64,000 nucleotides of DNA from assembly GCA_051313645.2 (NCBI GenBank), contig JBNRSN020000017.1, positions 52,824,001-52,888,000 on the forward strand, read 5' to 3'. This document shows positions 22,668 to 35,096 of the stretch, piece by piece. Below the pieces are notes generated by a model that saw only the letters and a list, made by a program, of their open reading frames with translations, made no database searches and had not been told where the DNA came from. A program made the position numbers and the translations under genes. Positions within the stretch are counted from its first letter, which is position 1. Each line of letters opens with the position of its first letter. Source of the DNA: Centroscyllium fabricii (Eukaryota).

Positions 22668-25291
22668 AAGGTTTCATGGCATCAAGTCAAACATGGGCAA
22701 GGAAACCTCCTGCTAATTACCAGCTACCGCCCTCCCTCAGCTGATGAATCAGTACTCCTCCATGTTGAACATTAATTGGAAGAAGCACTGAGAGTAGCAA
22801 GGGTACAAAATGTCCTCTAGATGGGGGACTTCAATGTCCATCACCAAGAGTGGCTCGATAGCACCACAACTGACCGAGCTGGCCGAGTCCTAAAGGACAT
22901 AGCTGCCAGACTGGGTCTGCGACAGGTGGTGAGGGAACCAACAAAAGGGAAAAACCTACTTGATCTCATCCTCACCAATCTACCTGTTGCAGATGCATCT
23001 GTCCATGACAGCATTGGTGGAAGTGACCACCACACAGTCCTTGTGGAGATGAAGTCCCGTCTTCATGTTGAGGATACCCTCCGCCATGTTGTGTGGCACT
23101 ACCACCGTGCTAAATGGGACAGATTTCGAACAGATCTGGCAACTCAAAACTGGGCATCCATGAGACGCTGTGAGCCATCAGCAGCAGTAGAATTGTATTC
23201 AACCACAATCTGTAACCTCATGGCCCGGCATATCCCTCACTCTACCATTACCATCAAGCCGGGAGATCAACCCTGGTTTAACGAAGAGTGCAGGAGAGCA
23301 TGCTGTGAACAGCACCAGGCATACCGAAAAATGAGGTGTCAACCTGGTGAGGCTACAACACAGGATTACTTGCATGCCAAACAACAGAAGCAACATGTGA
23401 TAGACAGAGCTAATCAATCTCACAACCATCGGATCAAATCAAAGCTCTGCAGTCCTGCCACATCCAGTCGTGAGTGGTGGTGGACAATTAAACAGTTAAC
23501 AGGAGGAGGAGGCTCCAGAAATATCCCCATCCTCAATGATGGTGGAGCCCAGCACGTGCGTGCAAAAGACAAGGCTGAAGCATTTGCAACTATCTTCAGC
23601 CAGAAATGCCGAGTGGATGATCCATCTCGGCCTCCTCCTGAGGTCCCCAGGATCACAGATGCCAGTCTTCAGCCCATTCAATTCACTCCACGTGATGTCA
23701 AGAAACGGCTGAAGACACTGGAAACTGCAAAGGCTATGGGCCCTGACAACATTCCGGCAATAGTACTGAACACTTGTGCTCCAGAACTAGCTGCGCCCCT
23801 AGCCAAGCTGTTCCAGTACAGCTACAACACTGGCATCTACCCAGCAATGTGGAAAATTGCCCAAGTATGTCCTGTCTACAAAAAGCAGGACAAATCCGAC
23901 CCGGCCAATTACCGTCCCATCAGTCTACTCTCAATCATCAGCAAAGTGATGGAAGGTGTCGTCGACAGTGCTATCAAGCGGCACTTACTCAGCAATAACC
24001 TGCTAACTGATGCCCAGTTTGGGTTCTGCCAGGGCCACTCAGCTCCTGACCTCATTACAGCCTTGGTCCAAACATGGACAAAAGAGCTGAACTCAAGAGG
24101 TGAGGTGAGAGTGACTGCCCTTGACATCAAGGCAGCATTTGATCGAGTATGGCATCAAGGAGCCCTGGCAAAGCTGAAGTCAATGGGAATCAAGGGGAAA
24201 ACTCTCCATTGGTTGGGAATCATACCTAGCACAAAGGAAGTTGGCTGTGGTTGTTGGAGGTCATTCATCTCAACCACAGGACATCACTGCAGGAGTTCCT
24301 CAGGGCAGTGTCCTAGGCCCAACCATCTTCAGCTGTTTCATCAATGACCTTCCCTCCATCATAAGGTCAGAAGTGGGAATGTTCGCTAATGATTGCACAC
24401 TGTTCAGCACCATTCGAGACTCGTCAGATACTGACGCAGTCCGTGTCCATATGCAACTAGACCTGGACAACATTCAGACTTGGGCTGACAAATGGCAAGT
24501 AACATTCGCACCACACAAGTGCCAGGCAATGACCATCTCCAACAAGCGAGACTCTAACCATCTCCCCTTGACATTCAATGGCATTATCATCGCTGAATCC
24601 CCCACTATCAACATCCGGGGGGTTACCATTGATCGGAAACTGAACTGGACCAGCCATATAAATACTCTGGCTACAAGAGCAGGCCAGAGGCTGGGAATTC
24701 TGCGGCGAGTGTCTCACCTCCTGACTCCCCAAAGCCATTCCACCATCTACAAGGCACAAGTCAGGAGTGTGATGGAATACTCTCCACTTGCCTGGATGAG
24801 TGCAGCTCCAACAACACTCAAGAAGTTCGTCACCATTCAGGATAAAGCAGGCCGCTTGATTGGCACTCCATACACCACCTTCAACATTCACTCCCTCCAC
24901 CACCGACGCACTGTGGCTGCAGTGTGCACCATCTACAAGATGCACTGCAGCAACTCGCCAAAGCTTCTTCAACAGCACCTTCCAAACCTGCGACCTCCAC
25001 CACTTAGAAGGACAAGGGCAGCAAACGCATGGGAACAGCACCACCTACAAGTTCCCCTCCAAGCCACACACCATCCTGACTTGGACCTGTATCGCCGCTC
25101 CTTCACTGTCGCTGGGCCAAAATCCTGGAACTCCCTTCCTAACAACATTGTGGGTGTACCTACACCATATGGACTGCAGCAGTTCAAGAAGGCGGCTCAC
25201 CACCATCTTCTCAAGGGCAATTAGGGATGGGCACTAAATGCAGGCCTAGCCAGCTAGCGACGCCCACATCCCATCAATGAATTAAAAAAAA
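22668..25291 (+). mobile_element. CR1/L2-group LINE distinct from the HER1-like CR1s, 5'-truncated, frameshifted near 24220
   Basis: ORFs 22821-24347 (MGDFN, LDLILTN, NYRPISLLS, LDIKAAFDRV) and 24241-25224 (GVPQGSVLGP, FAND); tail aaggcggctcaccaccatcttctcaagggcaattaggg followed by an A-run. Confidence 0.9.
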
Positions 25292-26720
25292 GAGAGGGAG
25301 AGGGGTTTCAAGCTGGAATTTCAAGGCATGGGACCGGGGGGGGGGGGGGGGGGAGGGTGAAGGGTGAAGGCCCAGTTGCCAAAGAGAGAGGGGATGCATA
25401 AAAAGTCACAGTTAGAGGAACAGAGGGTTTGAGGGGGGTTGTAGGGCTCGAGGAGGTCACAAAGGTAGGGAGGGGCGAGGCCATGAAGAGAGTTAAACAC
25501 AGGGGTGAGAATTTTCAATTTGAATCATTGGGTGACCAGGCACCAGTGTAGGTCAGCGAGAACAGGAGTAATAGTTGAACAGCACTTGGTGCAGATAGAA
25601 TACAAGCAGCAGAATTTTGGCTGAGCTGGTTTACAGAGGGTGGGACATGAGGCTGGACAGGGAAGTTTTGGGATAGTTGACTCTGGAGGTGACAAAGGAT
25701 GAATGAGGGTTTCAGCAGCAGATGGGTGGAGACAGGCAACGTTAGAGGTGAAAATAGCCAGTCTTTGTGGTGGAGAGGTATGGCATTATAAATTCAGCTC
25801 AAAATCAGAAAGGATGCTGACCTTGTGAGTAGTCTGGAGAAGCCTGAGACAGTTGTCAGGGATGGGGGTGGAATCGGTGGCACGATTATGGTGTTGTGGT
25901 AGAAGCTGAAGATCATGGTTTTCGTCTTTAGCTGGACGAAATTGTGGCTCATCCACAACTGGTGTCAAACAAGCAATCAACCAACACCAAGGCAATGGAG
26001 AGATTGAGAGAGGTGTGATGAAGCGGTAGAGCTAGCTGTCGTCAGTATACATGTGGAAGCTGACCCCATGTTTGTGGATGATACCAAAAGGCAGTATGTA
26101 GATGAGGAAGAGGAAGGGGCCAAGGATAAATCCTTAGGGGACTCGGAAGGAATGGTGCAGCGACAGAAAGAGAAGCCATCACTTAAAGATACTCTGGCTA
26201 TGAATAGTTAGGTAAGAGAGAAGCCATGAGGGCAATCCTGCTGAGCAGGACAATGGAGGAGAGGCATTAGAGGAGGATGGTGTGATTGACCGTGTCAAAA
26301 ACTGCGGAGCGCTCTGGGGGAATAATGCACCATGGTCACAGTTACAGAGAATGTCATTTGTGACTTTGGTTAGGGCTGTTTTGATGCTGTCGCAGAGGTG
26401 GAAACCTGATTTGAAAAATACAAACAAGGAGTTGATCGAAAGATGGGCATGAAATTAAGAGGCAACAACACGTTCAAGGACTTTAGAAAGGAGGGGAGAT
26501 TGGAGATGCAGCAGTAGTTTGCAATTACCGAGGGGCCAAGGGTGTCTTTTTTGAGGAGTGGTGATGACTGCGGTTTTTAAAAGGAAGGGGATCGTACCTG
26601 AGGTGAAGAAACCATTTACAATGTCAGCTCGCAGGAGGGCCAGGAAGGGAAGTTGGGTGGCCAGCAGATTTGTGGGAATGGGGTCAAGTGAGCAGAAGGT
26701 GGATCCCATGAACATGAAGA
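25292..26720 (-). mobile_element. Decayed L2 LINE fragments
   Basis: Minus-strand pieces SLDPIPT, KTALTKVTNDILCNCDHG, NSLHGLAPPYLCDLL. Confidence 0.75.
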
Positions 26721-27058
26721 GACAGAATCAAGAAAAGAATTGCACCAACTAAGAGTGAGTCAAAGGTAAATTCAGAGGCAAATACAGAAACAACAAAAAT
26801 ATCTGGGAGGCAAACAGAGAGAAAAAAGGGAGACAAAGAGTTGAAGATGAGCAAAGATAAAAGGAGAAAGAAAGAATTACAGAATGGAAGTCAAGTAGAG
26901 AGATGCTAACAGAAATAGAGAGATCATTCTTTTCTAACTTTTGTTTATGAGCAATATATAATGCTGCTGTCATTATAATACAGCAGATCTTGGTTTATAA
27001 TCTGTTTGTACAATATAGGTAATGTTACTGGATATTTTTGTAAGTTACTATATTTGTA

Positions 27059-27329
27059 CAGGTTGAAGACCGTTAATCCGGTATCTGAAAAACAGGCAGC
27101 TTCAGTCGTCCGGCATAAATTGCCCTGACTGCCCTGCGCAAGCACAAAATGGCCACCGCGATTGATGCTTCAGCGAATGATCTGCGCATGTGCTGCCAAA
27201 TGGCGAGCGCATGCGCAGATCATTCAAAATTTGGTGGCGTTTTGAATGCCGTGGCTTCAATCAATTGGCGTTTTCAAGAGTCCGGTAGGGTGCTGGTCCG
27301 ACCCTGCCGGATTAACGGTGTTCAACCTG
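27059..27329. mobile_element. Tigger/pogo-like MITE (short form)
   Basis: TA|CAGGTTGAAGACCGTTAATCCGG...CCGGATTAACGGTGTTCAACCTG|TA. Confidence 0.9.
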
Positions 27330-27930
27330 TACCACTTTAATGGGTTAGACACAACTTCAAAAATTAAAACTAAAATACGCTAGGTTAATTCAGGATTTAT
27401 AGTTGCAAATGTATTTACTTTTACGTTAAAGTGCAATTTTAAAAATTCTTTTGTAAAAGACTTGTTTCCACATCCTAGATGATATCTCAAAAATGTTTAT
27501 TTAGTTTCCGTATTTTGTGCTGTAAAATCTGTGTTAAAATGTTACTTATGAGCTCTGAGCTCAACGTAATGATTGGCAAGCCAGTGTAATTTTATACTAG
27601 TGTGGTTAATGTTGGATACTATCGTAGCACTGTGCTTCGGAGCTCCAACAAGCAGCACTTAGTAGAAAGATACAGGTTGAGTCCTGTAATCCCTACAATG
27701 TGAGTTCCCAATCTCAAATATGCTGCTGTTCAGAGACCAGACACTTCCCTATAGTAAGGGGCGGGGGACATTAGTCATCAAAACCACTGCCATGCATATC
27801 ATAACAGCTGGATGAAGAGCAGAATCACCAGAACCCTTGGAGCAAGTCCTAAATCCATGAAAGAAAGCTTAAGTTGTAAAGAAAAAGTGGACTTTACATG
27901 GTGTAGTTAAGAAAAGGGCTTGCACTTTTG

Positions 27931-28306
27931 GATAGCAAAATACCGCGGATGCTGGAAATCCGAAATAACAACAGAAAACGCTGGAAAAACTCAGCAGGCC
28001 AGGCAGCATCGGTGGAGAGAGAAACAGAGAGTTAACGTTTCAGGTCGATGACCTTTCTTCAGAACTGGAGAGGGGATAGATTTGTAAGCTGGTGGGGGCT
28101 GGGGAAAGGGGGAGGGGCTGAAAGAACAAAGGGAAGGTCAGCGACCAGCTAGAAGGCAGCGGAGATAAAGAGACATTGAGAGACATTAAGAGAAATTCAA
28201 GGAACACAGGATAGCTCTAAAGGTGTGAACGGCTCTGGCAGAAAAAAAGAGAAAAGCCCAGACGAAAGTATGGGAGATATATATATATAAAAATGTGATC
28301 GGAGTC
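27931..28306 (-). mobile_element. Penelope-like element pseudo-LTR (family B)
   Basis: Same sequence as the pLTR at 44667-45076, which is attached to a GIY-YIG C-terminal remnant. Confidence 0.8.
28030..28066 (-). ncRNA. Minimal type I hammerhead ribozyme motif
   Basis: AGUU-CUGAAGA-A-AGGUC-AUC-GACCU-GAAA-CG-UU-AACU. Confidence 0.8.
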
Positions 28307-28660
28307 GAGACATGCTCTTTTGGTCCTGTTATACTGCTCTCTGGTGGTATAATTTGGCTTTGATGTTTGAATCTGTGCAGTCAGCTGCATGGTAGGAATC
28401 TTAGTTGGATGGTTATTTTTGTGGACAGAAGTCTTAGTGCTAGACATGGGCAACTGATTTATTCACAAAAGTTGGAAGCAGCACATGCTGGCAGAAAAGT
28501 TTTGGATTGGTTTACAATATGGGAAGATGGGATTGGTAGACTAAACAGGGACATAAAATGTGGGGGAGATACTGTGACCATCCTTAGCTCATGCTGGCAT
28601 AAAATTGAACGGCATTTTTAAACTGCAATCTCTTTGATAGGCACAGATCAGCATAAATAT

Positions 28661-29379
28661 ATTGGCCCAGAAATTCGGGTTGGAGGCTTCCCACGAGTGC
28701 AAGCTTCCAACCTGCACTTACCTAGCGCGCCGGCCGTTGAGCTGTGGGCCCGCATGGAATTCCGACGCGGGGCCTTCCTGAACTGCTGGCGCGCCGCGCT
28801 CCCGGATCCCAGCGGCGAAGATAGTGCGAGGGATCGCGCTGGATCACGTGGGCCACGGAGAGCACAGAATGCTCCATTCATAAGTTTGATAGGAAGACCT
28901 GTCAAACTTATGAATACTACAACCCCAAAACCTCAGTAAATTTTCAAATACATTTTTTAAAAACATCAATTTTTTAAAAATAACTATCAATTACATAAAT
29001 TAGCTATTGTAAACAAATATTTAAAATTTTGAAAAAAATAATTACATGTTTTTAATGGGGCTAAAAATAAACAACCTGTGGAAAAAAAAATTAAAATTGA
29101 ATTAATTCACCACTTACCCTCTGAAAAGGGGTCTTTGCGCATGAAAATAGGAGCTGTATCTTTCTCCATACTTACCCGCACACAGACCTGTAAAAAAAAA
29201 ATCGAAGTCCATTGCGCTGCCGCGCACGCGTTCCGACCCCTGACCCCTTCTGTCAGGGGATCGGAAGTGCCGGTTTTGCGCACATGCGCTGTGCATGCAT
29301 GAAACCGGCACTTCGGATGGGCGTACGGATGAGTACCCAGCGCGTACACGCGCATTGGGAACGGAATTTCTGGGCCAAT
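28661..29379. mobile_element. Harbinger-like MITE
   Basis: TIRs ATTGGCCCAGAAATTC / GAATTTCTGGGCCAAT, subterminal hairpins, AT-rich centre; sibling copy at 38318-39053. Confidence 0.75.
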
Positions 29380-31619
29380 GCATTGATATATATTGGAAGT
29401 TGTAATTTGCTGGGGGGGTAGGTGTCGGTTTTGGCGCCAACTTAACTGAAGCACACTTATAATCATGTGATTGTACATTCAGTGTGGCAAGTGTTGATGT
29501 GCCATTAACTTGTATTAAATATTTACTTTGCAGCTAACATGGGTTTAGATATTTGTGTGACTCCACGTGAAAACAATTACACCTCATAACAAAATTGAGT
29601 TTTCTTGCAGGGTTACACATTCAGGTTCATCAAATCCGTGGATTATTAACCAGAGATCAACCTGTGTCAGAGATGTTAATCTCTTACTTTAAGAAACACA
29701 ATACCAAAGAATTCTTTAAAATGTTAAAATGATCCATCGAGAACCAAACATTTGAAGACACAGAAAAGATCCTGAAGTGCATCCTTTTGAATGATTCACA
29801 CTCATGGTCCTCCAAATGGTGAATTATTAATATAATCGTGTTATTATGGAGCAGAGTTAAGTGAAGATCAAAGGCTTCCTCGCAGAGAATGAGAAAACAA
29901 AAAAAAAATGTCACCAAGGGCCCTTCAGTCACAACTTCTGGTCTGTTATGGTGAAGCATGGACCGAGTCCAAGGAACATGGTTGGCTTTAGAGCCTTGCT
30001 GTGACATGGGGATATTTAAGAAGGAAAGAGAAGAAAAATGCCTCTTAAAAATTAATTAATTAAATTGCCTGAAACTTTCTGATATTTTCAAATTGACTCA
30101 GCATAGTTTGCTCTAAGAGCTTTGACACATTTGTTGTGCCCTAAAAATGCTTGGTTGGTGCTGCCTGTACCTACCCTCGTAAATGTTCTGTTCAAGTGGA
30201 GCCCAAGGAATATAATACAAGAGTGTCAATTTTGTATTATGCAAGGCTAACTGTAAATAGAGATAATTAAATAATTACACTTTAACGAGGTGCAAATGGC
30301 TTATTGAATTGCCTGAAATAGCTGACCCGCTGTAAGTGGTGCCTTTCTAATTGACGGCAAGTACGGTAGTTATGGGAAATTGCGTGCTCTGTGACATTCT
30401 GTCCAACTCCGATTCAGTATTCAGTTGGCTTGAAATAAGAGGATATTTTAGTTTTTAGTTTCTTTCTCTGTGAATACATTTTTATTTAAACCACATTATT
30501 TGTTTTCTGTTGGCAACGAGACTACTTTTATTTTAAACAACAACAGAAAATGCTGGAAACACTCAGCAGGCCAGGGTATTGTACTTTTACTTTCATGTGT
30601 GTTGTAAAATGGAGCCCGCTTTAGTTTTTGATCTTTTCTAATGAGCTGTTGTCTGTTGTTTTGCATCGAATAAAAGATCGAGTGGGAAGGTGTTAGAAGC
30701 AATGAAGGCGTTCAACTATATTGGTGAACTAACTCTATAAAGTTGTAAGAACCCTACAATGGTGGCACAATTTTTTATTTGATGTAACATCGACCTGAAT
30801 GACTGTTTCTGGTGATGTAAGTGGGCGTGCTGTGTGTTGAGCGCACCATTATGTGTCAATGGGCAGATTTACTTGTTTCGCTGGTCAATGTGACATTTCG
30901 TATCAATGGGTAGGAAGAGAATATTTTAGAGGGAGTTTTTGCACGATACAAATTGAAGAACAACACTACACTGCAAGCTTTGGTACCTGAGAAGGATTTA
31001 TGCTGTGGTTCAATCTTTGACTGTAAACTTAACTTATGGACTTCATGCTGTTGCCAGAACCTCCTTGAAAAACAGCCATACATCTTTGTCAAGTCTTCAT
31101 TATTTATCATTTTTATAGCAGGGAATCTAAGCGTAAATTGATGAGTAAAAATAGTAGGAAAGGTTTGTATGGCAGTAAAAAAAAATGACAAAACCACTCC
31201 ACAGACTTTGAGGGTTGCTTTGGAAATGAGCATTACCAGGGAAGAGTTGGAAGGCGCTAGACTGAACAGAAATGGTTTGGAGGAACGAGAGAGAAGCTAA
31301 AATTTAATAAAAAGTTGACATTTTACTGTTGGGTGTAATCAGTTGTGGTAATTGACTGAAAGGCAGCCAGGACTTCATGCCTGGTGCTGGCGTTTTCTCA
31401 AGCAGATTACAGAATTCTATCCCTCGAATATGTAAAATAAAGAATAATAGATGGCTGGTATGCATTATGTGGCGAATAAATATTGAGTAGGCTTTAACCT
31501 GTTTGTGAAGTTCAATGACTTCATAAACTGAGAGAACAAAACATTACTTCCAACCAGCAGTATTTTAGCTGGTATTTCCCATCCCTTTCCTGGACTTGGG
31601 TTTCCCTGCACAAACTCTC

Positions 31620-31890
31620 AGGCAGTCCCTCGGAACCAAGGCTGTCTTGCTTCCACATTAAAAATGAGTTCTCAGGTGACTGATGAGCCCAATGCGAGCC
31701 ATGAGGGTCCTGATGTTCCAGGTCCCGAACTTCATTTTAAAGGGTGGAAGATGCCTGTGCGTGAATTCTTTTAACGTGGGGTGGCCGTTGCACACCAGCC
31801 ACCACACGGGCTTGACAGAGCAAGGTCTTGGTCCAATGGCAAGGGGATCCAAGACGATTGGAGACCAGGCTCTGCTGCAACGGCCTAGCA
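31620..31890 (-). mobile_element. Internally deleted (bipartite) RTE LINE derivative
   Basis: Mini-ORF 31658-31735 MKFGTWNIRTLM|ARIGLISHLRTHF* joins the APE endonuclease start to the RTE C-terminal zinc-finger end, followed by an RTE-type 3' UTR. Confidence 0.75.
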
Positions 31891-32074
31891 CACACACACA
31901 AACATAATGCTACTGTCCCCCTCCCTCCTTCCCGCAGATCCTCGCTGCCTGGGTTTCGTAGGATGCATTGTGGTCCTCCTGACCTCGCTGTTGCCCGTGC
32001 CGCACCTTCCCTGGGCCCCGACCCGGCTGCTGGTCCACGCGGAGTGGAGCTCGGAGCCAGGGATCATGAGAGTA

Positions 32075-32203
32075 TCAACCAGCATCACTGAAAAACAGAT
32101 TATCTGGTCATGATCACATGGCTGTTTGTGGGAGCTTGCTGTGCGCAACTTGGCTGCCGCATTTCCTACGGTACAACAGTGACTATGCTTCAAAAGTACT
32201 TTA
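32075..32203 (+). mobile_element. DeuSINE (SacSINE/AmnSINE-related) fragment
   Basis: cagattatctggtcatgatcacatggctgtttgtgggagcttgctgtgcgc...acagtgactatgcttcaaaagtac matches the Deu-domain region as recalled. Confidence 0.7.
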
Positions 32204-33478
32204 ATGAAATTTCTTTCTCTTTTTCTTTAAAGACATTTCTCCTGAATTTCTCACAAAGCACCTTTGCTAACTGAGGGTTGGCAGATGAGTTGTTCCTAGG
32301 TCTCTACCAATTCATTCTGAAATCACTGTGAGGGACAATGCAAGGGCAGCATGTGTAACGAGCATTGTATGAGTGATGTGGCTACAGAGGAGAAGGCGGT
32401 TTGTATTGGAGAATAATGACTACAAAATATAGGAAAAAATAGTGTATGTTCTAGACTTGACAAAGATGTATTTTGTTAAATAAAATAGTGACTTCATACG
32501 CCGTACACATAGTTATGCTTAAAATAATGTTACAAACCAGTCCACCCTTCATTTATGCTGTACCGCTAAAGTGCCTCATCTGTTGTCGTCCTGTTGCTGG
32601 TTTGATCCACCAACAGTCGCTCTTTGTTTGCTGGGCATACGGCATGGGTGAGCTGTAATTCAATTGTTCTCCCTCATTGAACCCTTACTCCCATTGATAA
32701 CCTATACAGCTTGTACTTTCAATGCCAGTGCTATTTGTTTTCTGCAGATTTTGTCCCCTTTGGCTGTTTTGCTTATCAGCAGACTGGCTGCGGGTCACAA
32801 AATAACCAAACCGGGGTGTAAAAGACAGTTCCTCCGGTCACCTTTCTGTTTTTGGTAGCCATTCTCGCACATTCACTCTCTGTTTGTGTGCAGCCAACCC
32901 ATTGCTTCCACCATTGTCTTCCATCTTTTCAGTCTGCAAGTTTATTTAGAAAGACCAGGTGTGCCTTTATTTTCATCTGCTTTTTTTTGTCTTTTTCAGA
33001 GGAATGACAAGTTTGTGTAACATTTAGATTTTTGCCTGCATGTTTGAACGCCTGCCTTTTAAATACTTAAAAGAGCCACCCCTTTGCCAGCACCTTTTTT
33101 GTAGTTTGGCACAGATGTAAGTGCCGTCACTTCATCGACGTGCACATTGGTTCACCTGTGTAAAAATAGAAATCAGGCAAATGTGAAACATTTTGTGGAG
33201 ATCGTGTGAATTGTAATTTGGGTTTTTCATTTTTGCTCTCCATTTTTGTTTAAATTCCCAGGGGGGGGTTTCCATATTTTGAAAAACTCCTGCTGGAAGT
33301 TGAGGGGGTGGGAGAGGGGGATGAGCATTATATTTTCTAGCAGAGAATTGGGGAGAAAATTCGGCAAACCCTTTGCACATTTATTCATTTTGTCTATTTT
33401 TATTGGCTATGTAGCATTTTTGTTTTTTTCTCGTTTTTTTTTTCTTTTGTTGTATCAATATTGTTATAGGCGGTGGTG

Positions 33479-33620
33479 GAAGCGGAGACACTCAATGTTT
33501 TCAAGGGGAGACTGGATAGACACTTGAGGGAAATAAACTTGCAGGGCTACAGGGATAGAGCGGGGGAATGGGACTGACTGGGTTGCTCTACAGCGAGCCG
33601 GCACGGACTGGATGGGCCTA
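33479..33620 (+). mobile_element. Short CR1 3' fragment
   Basis: FKGRLDRHLREINLQGYRDRAGEWD* plus tail. Confidence 0.75.
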
Positions 33621-33954
33621 TGTTTCATAGTGTAGAGAGGGGCAAGAGAAAACTATACAGACCATAGCAGACATTATCTCCGTATCTAACTGAGAGGCAC
33701 GCAGAATCAAATCCAACAGATTCTTTTTCCCCATTGATATTTTATAAAGTTTGTACTTTCAATGCCACTGTGGCTTGTTTCCTACATGTTTCCCCCTTTG
33801 GCATTCTTATTCATCTGTGGGTTAACTGTGGATCACAAAGTAACCAAACCGAGGCATGAAAGATCAGTTGATCCCTTCACTGTGTGTCTCGGGTAGCCAT
33901 TCTTGCATTGTGTCTCCGTTTTATGGACAGCATTGCTGACTCCCTCACATGAAA

Positions 33955-34593
33955 AAGACGTGTTCAGTCGAGGAACACTTCAGCAGTCAAGGACATTCAG
34001 CTGCTGATCTTCGGGTAAGCATTCTCCAAGGCGGCCTTCGAGACACACGACAGCGCAAAATCGTCGAGCAGAAACTGATAGCCAAGTTCTGCACTCATGA
34101 GGACGGCCTCAACCGGGATCTTGTCTTCATGTCACGCTACATGTGACCCCACCTGACGTAGAGTCATCCAGACTCGAGTCGTCTTTGGCTTGTTCTCACT
34201 AAAAAAAAATTTTTTTTTTTTCTAATTGTTCTGTTTTGGTTTTTCACACAGACCCCAGCATGTGCAACATTTGACCCTTTGTGACTCCACCTCATTGTTC
34301 TTCGGGTGGTGTCTGCTTGACTAATCTGTTTAAACACCATTCACACCTTTGATTGCTATGAATGTCTCTCTGCCGAGGTGTGATGAAGGGCAGTTTCAAA
34401 GATTTCCTGTAATCATCCAGCATTGTTCTCCGACTATATATGCTGTGTTTGTGTGCATCTCTCCACTTCACCTGATGAAGGAGCAACGCTCCGAAAGCTT
34501 GTGATTTCAAATAAAACGGTTGGACTATAACCTGGGGTTGTGTGACTTCTTGAATTTGTCCACCCCAGTCCAACACCGGCACCTCCACATCAT
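33955..34593 (+). mobile_element. Penelope-like element 3' end (GIY-YIG endonuclease C-terminus plus pLTR, family A)
   Basis: ORF 33949-34146 VEEHFSSQGHSAADLRVSILQGG...EQKLIAKFCTHEDGLNRD is typical of the PLE GIY-YIG C-terminus; hammerhead and AATAAA downstream. Confidence 0.85.
34468..34504 (+). ncRNA. Minimal type I hammerhead ribozyme motif
   Basis: UCAC-CUGAUGA-A-GGAGC-AAC-GCUCC-GAAA-GC-UU-GUGA. Confidence 0.8.
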
Positions 34594-34728
34594 TCAAAGA
34601 AGGTATCATGATGGTGGCCTACCAACAGCTGGTTGCAATGACTGCAGTTTGCTTTTGATGCTTCCACTGTCCTCAGTGGGGTTTTTAAAATACATTTAGT
34701 CACATGTAAATGTACATTTCTGTTGATG

Positions 34729-35096
34729 CAGCGGTCCCCAACCTTTTTTGGACCACGGACCATTTTGAGCTAGACAATTTTTTCACGGGGCGGGGGGGTG
34801 CTGGCGGGGTTCTTTTCACTGACCGGGGGGGGGTGCTGGCGGAGTTTTTTTCACTGAGCGGGGGGGGGGGGGTGCTGGCGAGGGTTTTTTGACAGGCCGG
34901 GGGGGGTGCTGCTGCCGAGGGTTTTTGGACCTGGCGGGGGGGTGCTGCGGCGGGCGGCGAACATTCCTTCTGCCGCTGCGGCCCGGGGCGGAGGGAGCTG
35001 GGGTGCGGGCGGCGAACATTCCTTCTGCCGCTGCGGCCCGGTAAAAATGTTCCACGGCCCGATACCGGGCCGCGGCCCAGCGGTTGGGGACCCCTG
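34729..35096. mobile_element. hAT (Charlie-like) MITE, G-tract rich
   Basis: TIRs CAGCGGTCCCCAACC / GGTTGGGGACCCCTG; perfect 8-bp TSD TGTTGATG (34721-34728, 35097-35104). Confidence 0.92.
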
